From Ktedonobacteraceae bacterium (lineage in GTDB: Bacteria; Chloroflexota; Ktedonobacteria; Ktedonobacterales; Ktedonobacteraceae), in assembly GCA_034437695.1 (NCBI GenBank), contig DAOTTJ010000047.1, forward strand, positions 7,613-71,612: DNA of 64,000 bases, read 5' to 3'. This document shows positions 59,307 through 64,000 of this stretch, in pieces. The notes beneath the pieces were generated by a model. The model worked only from the letters and a program-made list of their open reading frames with translations. It ran no database searches and was not told the origin of the DNA. Each line of letters begins with the position of its first letter. Within the stretch, counting starts at the first letter, position 1. A program made the translations under genes and the position numbers.

Positions 59307-60593
59307 ATGGAGAGTACGCCAGAAAAGTATGCGCGATACGTCAATACCAGCTTTGTCAAAGCCATCGAGCCGATAGTGGTTGAGCGTGCGCAGGGAGCCG
59401 AGATCTATGCGAGCGATGGGCGCACCTATCTCGACTGTTTCGCGGGGATCGCGGTGGTCAACGCCGGACATGTCCACCCACGGGTCGCGGAGGCGGCCAA
59501 AGCGCAGATCGATCAGCTTATACACGCGGGCAGTTATCTGTATTATGTCCCGGTGGTGGCCGATCTGGCGGAGACGCTGGCGCGGATCACTCCCGGCAAT
59601 CTGCAAAAGACCTTTTTCTGCAATTCGGGGGCCGAGGCTATCGAAGGAGCGCTGCGCCTGGCTAAAGTCGCGACCGGCAAGCGCGAGGTAATCGCGTTAC
59701 AGATGGCTTTCCACGGTCGCACCTACGGCACGCTCTCGGTGACTGGCAACCAAGCACGTAAGACGCGCGGCGGTCCCTATATGCCCGGCGTGGCTTTTGC
59801 GCCCGCTCCCTACTGCTACCGCTGTCCTTTGAAGCTGAAGCCCGAGACCTGTGGTCTGGCCTGCGCCGACGCGGTGGAGGATGTGATTCGCAACCAGACC
59901 AGCGGAGATGTCGCGGCCTTTCTGGTCGAGCCTGTGCTGGGCGAAGGTGGACTTATCCCGCTGCCCGAGGGCTATCTGGCGCGTGTCGAGCAGATTCTCA
60001 AGCGTCACGGGATTCTCTTACTGGTAGATGAGGTGCAGACTGGCTTTGGCCGCACTGGCAAGCTCTTCGGGGTCGAGCACCAGGACGGGGTTGTGCCGGA
60101 TATCATGGCCTTTGCCAAGGGGATTGCCGATGGCTTCCCGCTGGGCGCATTTATCGCTCCCCAGGAGCTGGCCGACAGCTTTCGACCCGGCGAACACCTG
60201 AGCACCTTCGGCGGCAATCCGGTCTCCTGCGCGGCGGCTCAGGCCAACATCGCTGTGCTCTACGACGAAGGTCTGGTCGACCACGCGGCCGAGCTGGGTG
60301 AGTGGGCGTTGGACGAGCTGCGCGGTATGCAGGCGAGGCAGCGTTTGATCGGCGATGTGCGTGGGCAGGGCCTGATGCTGGGTCTTGAACTGGTCAAAGA
60401 CCGCGCAACGCAGGAGCCTGACGCCGCCGCCGCGGTCAATGTGCGCACCTACTGTCGCGAGGCCGGGGTTCTGGTCGGCGTGGGCGGTCAGTTCGGCAAT
60501 GTGTTGCGTTTGCAGCCACCGCTGGTAGTTACCCGCGAGCAACTCGCGCACGCGCTCCAGACGGTCGAGTCAGCGTTAACAAGCTGTCAATAG
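59307..60593 (+). CDS. Class-III (omega-) aminotransferase, PLP-dependent
   Basis: DCFAGIAVVNAGHVHPRV, FFCNSGAEAIEGALRLAK, LLLVDEVQTGFGRTGKLFG, and the PLP lysine in IMAFAKGIADGFPLG. GGAGAG Shine-Dalgarno before ATG 59307. Confidence 0.85.
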   Translation: MESTPEKYARYVNTSFVKAIEPIVVERAQGAEIYASDGRTYLDCFAGIAVVNAGHVHPRVAEAAKAQIDQLIHAGSYLYYVPVVADLAETLARITPGNLQKTFFCNSGAEAIEGALRLAKVATGKREVIALQMAFHGRTYGTLSVTGNQARKTRGGPYMPGVAFAPAPYCYRCPLKLKPETCGLACADAVEDVIRNQTSGDVAAFLVEPVLGEGGLIPLPEGYLARVEQILKRHGILLLVDEVQTGFGRTGKLFGVEHQDGVVPDIMAFAKGIADGFPLGAFIAPQELADSFRPGEHLSTFGGNPVSCAAAQANIAVLYDEGLVDHAAELGEWALDELRGMQARQRLIGDVRGQGLMLGLELVKDRATQEPDAAAAVNVRTYCREAGVLVGVGGQFGNVLRLQPPLVVTREQLAHALQTVESALTSCQ

Positions 60594-60611
60594 AAAGCGA
60601 GACAGACGAGT

Positions 60612-62123
60612 ATGGTTTCAACGCCCCGGACACAGCCACGTACGCTGCACAACTATGTAGGAGGAGAGTGGGTCACGTCGCAGACCAGTGAGTTTCTGGA
60701 GGTGCGCAACCCGGCCACGACCGATGTGCTGGCCCTGACTCCGCTCAGTACAGCCGCCGATGTGGATGCGGCTGTGCAGAAAGCGCAGGCGGCCTTCCCT
60801 GCCTGGCGGGCCACTCCTCCGCAGGAACGCGCCCGCTACTTCTTCAAGCTCCGTCAACTGCTCGACGCCAACCGCGAGGAACTGGCCCGCCTGATTACTA
60901 CCGAGATGGGCAAGACGCTCGACGACGCTCGCGGCGAGGTCTTGCGCGGTCTGGAGAACGTTGAGACGGCCTGTAGTATCCCCTCACTGATGATGGGCTA
61001 TAGCCTGGAAGACGGCGCAGCCGCGGGGATCGATGAGGAGGTCATCTATCAACCGCTGGGCGTCTTTGCGGGGATCACACCGTTTAACTTTCCCTTTATG
61101 ATCTCGTTCTGGTTCTGGCCCTACGCGGTGGCGACCGGCAATACGTTTATTCTCAAGCCGTCCGAGCAAGACCCTCTGGTGCAGCAGTTTGTCTTTGAAC
61201 TGGTGGCACAGGTGGGCTTCCCTGCCGGTGTAATCAACCTGGTCAACGGCGGTCGTTCAACGGTCAATGCGCTGCTCGACCATCCGCAGGTGCGCGGGAT
61301 CTCCTTTGTGGGCGCAACAAAGACCGCCGAGTATGTCTATGCCCGCGCCTCGGCCAGCGGCAAACGCGTGCAGGCCTCGGGTGGCGCAAAAAACGCTCTG
61401 GTGGTGATGCCCGATACCAACTGGGACGCCTACCTCGGCACGATTATGAACTCCTGCTTCGGCTCGGCTGGTCAGCGCTGTCTGGCCAATTCGCGTCTGC
61501 TCACCGTCGGCGAGGCCCACGACACAGCCCGCGAACGGCTGCTAAACGCAGCGCAGAAGCTCAGACTGGGCAATGGCTTACAGGCGGGCGTAGATATGGG
61601 ACCAGTAGTCTCGGCTGCCGCCCGCGAACGCATCTTTGGTCTGATCGACCGCGGCATTGCTCAGGGCGCAGAGGCCGTCCTCGATGGTCGAACTATCCGG
61701 GTACCAGATGCCCCTGATGGCTACTTCGTCGGCCCAACCCTGCTCGACCACGTGCAGCCGGAGATGAGCATCTACCGCGAGGAGATCTTTGGTCCGGTCA
61801 TCACGTTGACACATGTGCAGACCCTCAATGAGGCGATTGAGCAGATCAACGCCCACGAGTACGGCAATGCCGCCTCGATCTTCACACAAAGCGGCTTCGC
61901 GGCCCGCGAGTTTCGCTATCGCGTCGAAACCGGCAATATCGGCATCAACGTGGGAGTCGCCGCCCCGATGGCCTACTTCCCCTTCAGCGGCGCAAAACGC
62001 TCGTTCTTCGGCACGCTTCACCCCCAGGGACGCGATGCAGTGCGCTTCTTCACCGAAAGCAAAGTCGTGATCACCCGCTGGACCGCTGGCGAGGACGGTC
62101 CAGTCAGTGGAGTCGGTCGCTAG
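60612..62123 (+). CDS. mmsA: CoA-acylating methylmalonate/malonate-semialdehyde dehydrogenase
   Basis: LHNYVGGEWV, ITPFNFPFMI, FILKPSEQDP, catalytic CFGSAGQRCLA. Also the family-specific C-terminus GINVGVAAPMAYFPFSGAKRSFFGTLHPQGRDAVRFFTESKVVITRW. Confidence 0.85.
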   Translation: MVSTPRTQPRTLHNYVGGEWVTSQTSEFLEVRNPATTDVLALTPLSTAADVDAAVQKAQAAFPAWRATPPQERARYFFKLRQLLDANREELARLITTEMGKTLDDARGEVLRGLENVETACSIPSLMMGYSLEDGAAAGIDEEVIYQPLGVFAGITPFNFPFMISFWFWPYAVATGNTFILKPSEQDPLVQQFVFELVAQVGFPAGVINLVNGGRSTVNALLDHPQVRGISFVGATKTAEYVYARASASGKRVQASGGAKNALVVMPDTNWDAYLGTIMNSCFGSAGQRCLANSRLLTVGEAHDTARERLLNAAQKLRLGNGLQAGVDMGPVVSAAARERIFGLIDRGIAQGAEAVLDGRTIRVPDAPDGYFVGPTLLDHVQPEMSIYREEIFGPVITLTHVQTLNEAIEQINAHEYGNAASIFTQSGFAAREFRYRVETGNIGINVGVAAPMAYFPFSGAKRSFFGTLHPQGRDAVRFFTESKVVITRWTAGEDGPVSGVGR

Positions 62124-62140
62124 CTAAACCGCCCGATAGT

Positions 62141-62179
62141 AGGTGCCTTCTTCCCGGATAAACTGGAAAGAAGGCACCT
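62141..62179 (+). terminator. Hairpin terminator candidate after mmsA
   Basis: AGGTGCCTTCTT (62141..62152) pairs with AAGAAGGCACCT (62168..62179). Confidence 0.5.
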
Positions 62180-62349
62180 TCTCGGATCGATAAGCGACAG
62201 AAGGTCTCTTCCAACGTTATGAATATATATGATATCCTGATAACGCAATGAGTGGACGCAAAGTGCTTTTTCTGAACCATGCAAAAAGGAGCACCACTTC
62301 TCGCCTTGCCAATCACAGGGCGGGAATAGTTAGAGGTGACAGTTAATCG

Positions 62350-63486
62350 ATGAAAATGTATAGAAAACAAAAAACCTTCTGGCAGCGACGAGCGTTTCCT
62401 ACCCTTCTCGCTCTTCTTGTAGGCGCGTTTGTACTCAGCGCGTGCAGCAGCGGTACAACAGGTAAACAGGCGAATACCCCTGGATCTACGCAAAATGGAC
62501 CTTCCAGTACGCCAACTCCTGGCCTCAGTCAGTCCCTACAAAAAAACGGGCAGACCGAGTTGCAGGCTTTTCAGGAATGGATCAATCTGCTGCAACAAAA
62601 TGGCGGAGATGTGACAACTTATCAACAGCAATATACCAGTTCGCAGCAGGCTCTGACGCAGTCAGTAACCAATGCTACCTACACAAAGGCTCTGACTACC
62701 TTGCAAGGTCAGGTGCTGGCTATTAAGATCCCCACCCTCCAGCAGGAGGCCAAAAACCTGCAACAGAAGCTTCAACAGCAGGTGAGCACCTGGGGCAGTC
62801 AGCATACGTATAAAGACAGCTACAACGGCAAGACCTACACTCAGGACTACGAGTACAATAATAGCACCGGCATCGGTGGTCCCCTCTGGCTGCAAGAGGA
62901 TCTGGCAACCAATAAAACCCTGGCTGATTGGCAACAGACTATCGAAAATTTGAATATGTGGCTGTATAACTTTCAGGAGTTTCAGACCAACTTCGGCGAT
63001 AAGACGCCGTCCACTCAGAGCCATCAAACCGATCTCGCTCTGATGCAACACTACAATTTCATGCAGGAACGCGTGGTTGTGGTCTCGCTGAGCGAGCAAA
63101 CGTTGCGTGCTTATGATAACGGCAAGCTGGTCAAGACCTTCCAGGTTGTAACGGGCCAGCCCGATCTGCCCTCCCCTCCTGGCAACTGGTGGTTTGAGGG
63201 CAAGCAGCACCCGACGGTCTTCAAGTCGTCTGAACCCAAAGGTTCTCCCGACTGGTATCCCGATACAAAGATTAACTATGCTATGCAGTACCATAGCAAT
63301 GGTTACTTTTTCCACGATGCCTGGTGGCGCACTCAGTTCGGGGCCGGCGCAAATTATCCCCACCAGGACCCCGATGGCGATCCTTTTGCCGGTCAGGGTT
63401 CGCACGGCTGCGTCAATATGTCAACTAACGATTCGGCCTGGCTGTATGGCTTTGTCTCGGTCTATACTCAGATCGTCATCTACTAA
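62350..63486 (+). CDS. L,D-transpeptidase (YkuD domain) lipoprotein
   Basis: Lipobox LVGAFVLSAC. C-terminal VVVSLSEQTLRAYDNGKLVKTFQVVTGQPDLPSPPG...QGSHGCVNM (catalytic HGC). Confidence 0.85.
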   Translation: MKMYRKQKTFWQRRAFPTLLALLVGAFVLSACSSGTTGKQANTPGSTQNGPSSTPTPGLSQSLQKNGQTELQAFQEWINLLQQNGGDVTTYQQQYTSSQQALTQSVTNATYTKALTTLQGQVLAIKIPTLQQEAKNLQQKLQQQVSTWGSQHTYKDSYNGKTYTQDYEYNNSTGIGGPLWLQEDLATNKTLADWQQTIENLNMWLYNFQEFQTNFGDKTPSTQSHQTDLALMQHYNFMQERVVVVSLSEQTLRAYDNGKLVKTFQVVTGQPDLPSPPGNWWFEGKQHPTVFKSSEPKGSPDWYPDTKINYAMQYHSNGYFFHDAWWRTQFGAGANYPHQDPDGDPFAGQGSHGCVNMSTNDSAWLYGFVSVYTQIVIY

Positions 63487-63587
63487 GCTGGCTCGCTTGC
63501 GCGGGTTCCCTCCCATACGCGAACCCGCGCACTGCATGCCTTGCGCAGATGGACGTTAATAAAGAAGAGTTGCAGCTATGAGGCATG

Positions 63588-64000
63588 AGTTCGATACCTA
63601 ACCGGTCTGGTGCTCTCTACCCGCGTGACCGCCGATGGCTTTGTGCTGATCTTGCGCAGTCTCGAACGTGTGCAAAAGCTGGTCCATCGCATGACTGGCG
63701 CTCGCGCTCGTCTGACCTTTGCTAATGTGGTTGGCGAGAGTCATGTCCTCCACGAGGCGATCCGCCAGGCCAAACGTGCCGCACAGAGCAACGCGACCGT
63801 GCTGCTGCGCGGCGAGACAGGCACGGGCAAGGAGATTTTCGCGCAGAGTATCCATAATCAGAGCAGCCGCTCGGCCAATGCGTTTGTCGCGATTAACTGC
63901 GCGGCTATTCCCCGCGCGTTGATCAATACTGAACTCTTCGGCTATGAAGGTGGCTCTTTTACTGGCGCTGACCGCCAGGGACGACCACGAAAGTTTGAGC
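63588..64000 (+). CDS. Sigma-54-interaction (AAA+ enhancer-binding protein) domain, partial at the window edge; the N-terminal sensor appears to be missing
   Basis: Frame read manually: ...FANVVGESHVLHEAIRQAKRAAQSNATVLLRGETGTGKEIFAQSIHNQSSRSANAFVAINCAAIPRALINTELFGYEGGSFTGA. The frame opens only after TGA at about 63585. The first in-frame ATG is at 63691, about 10 codons before the AAA+ core. Confidence 0.7.

Noticed and set aside
62662-63405. 247-aa minus-strand ORF
   Set aside because: It is antisense to the L,D-transpeptidase gene, which has a lipobox and the catalytic HGC motif.

Overview
64-kb chromosomal window of patchy base composition: GC-rich housekeeping-like blocks alternate with visibly AT-richer genes (judged by eye, not computed). 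The source looks like a large, IS-bearing soil-bacterium genome. The gene content (an HTH/NB-ARC/TPR STAND protein, MmyB-like regulators, a luciferase-like oxidoreductase, many single-pass membrane proteins with Pro/Gln-rich tails) resembles Ktedonobacteria (Chloroflexota) or Actinobacteria, but that is inference only. I support about 60 protein-coding loci. They include a complete pqqABCDE operon on the minus strand, whose 39-aa pqqA is missing from the ORF track. Others are a rifampicin-phosphotransferase-like PEP-utilising enzyme, a class-III aminotransferase plus methylmalonate-semialdehyde dehydrogenase pair, cell-wall enzymes (SLT lytic transglycosylase, Amidase_2, YkuD L,D-transpeptidase), transporters (two MFS, one Na+/H+ antiporter) and many small-molecule oxidoreductases (SDR, MDR, AKR, LLM). 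These sit next to TetR, AraC, MmyB-like, Rrf2 and DeoR regulators. Mobile DNA consists of a partial IS630-family transposase at the left edge, a complete IS66-family element (6542..8135) with 8-bp target-site duplication but a dead transposase, and two further IS remnants. By my reading roughly 15 loci are disrupted or truncated. The most unusual items are listed here. (1) A TIR-like / transmembrane / NTF2-like protein. (2) Two paralogous secreted proteins of unknown function that share a conserved GGAAC-containing upstream motif and lie next to a 3'-truncated ECF sigma gene. (3) A modular family of GC-rich, hairpin-dense intergenic repeats plus two long perfect palindromes. (4) A kinase/LanC-like lanthipeptide-synthetase remnant. 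I found no tRNA, rRNA or CRISPR array. No single clearly novel multi-gene system can be demonstrated from sequence alone, so the candidates are ranked in the findings.
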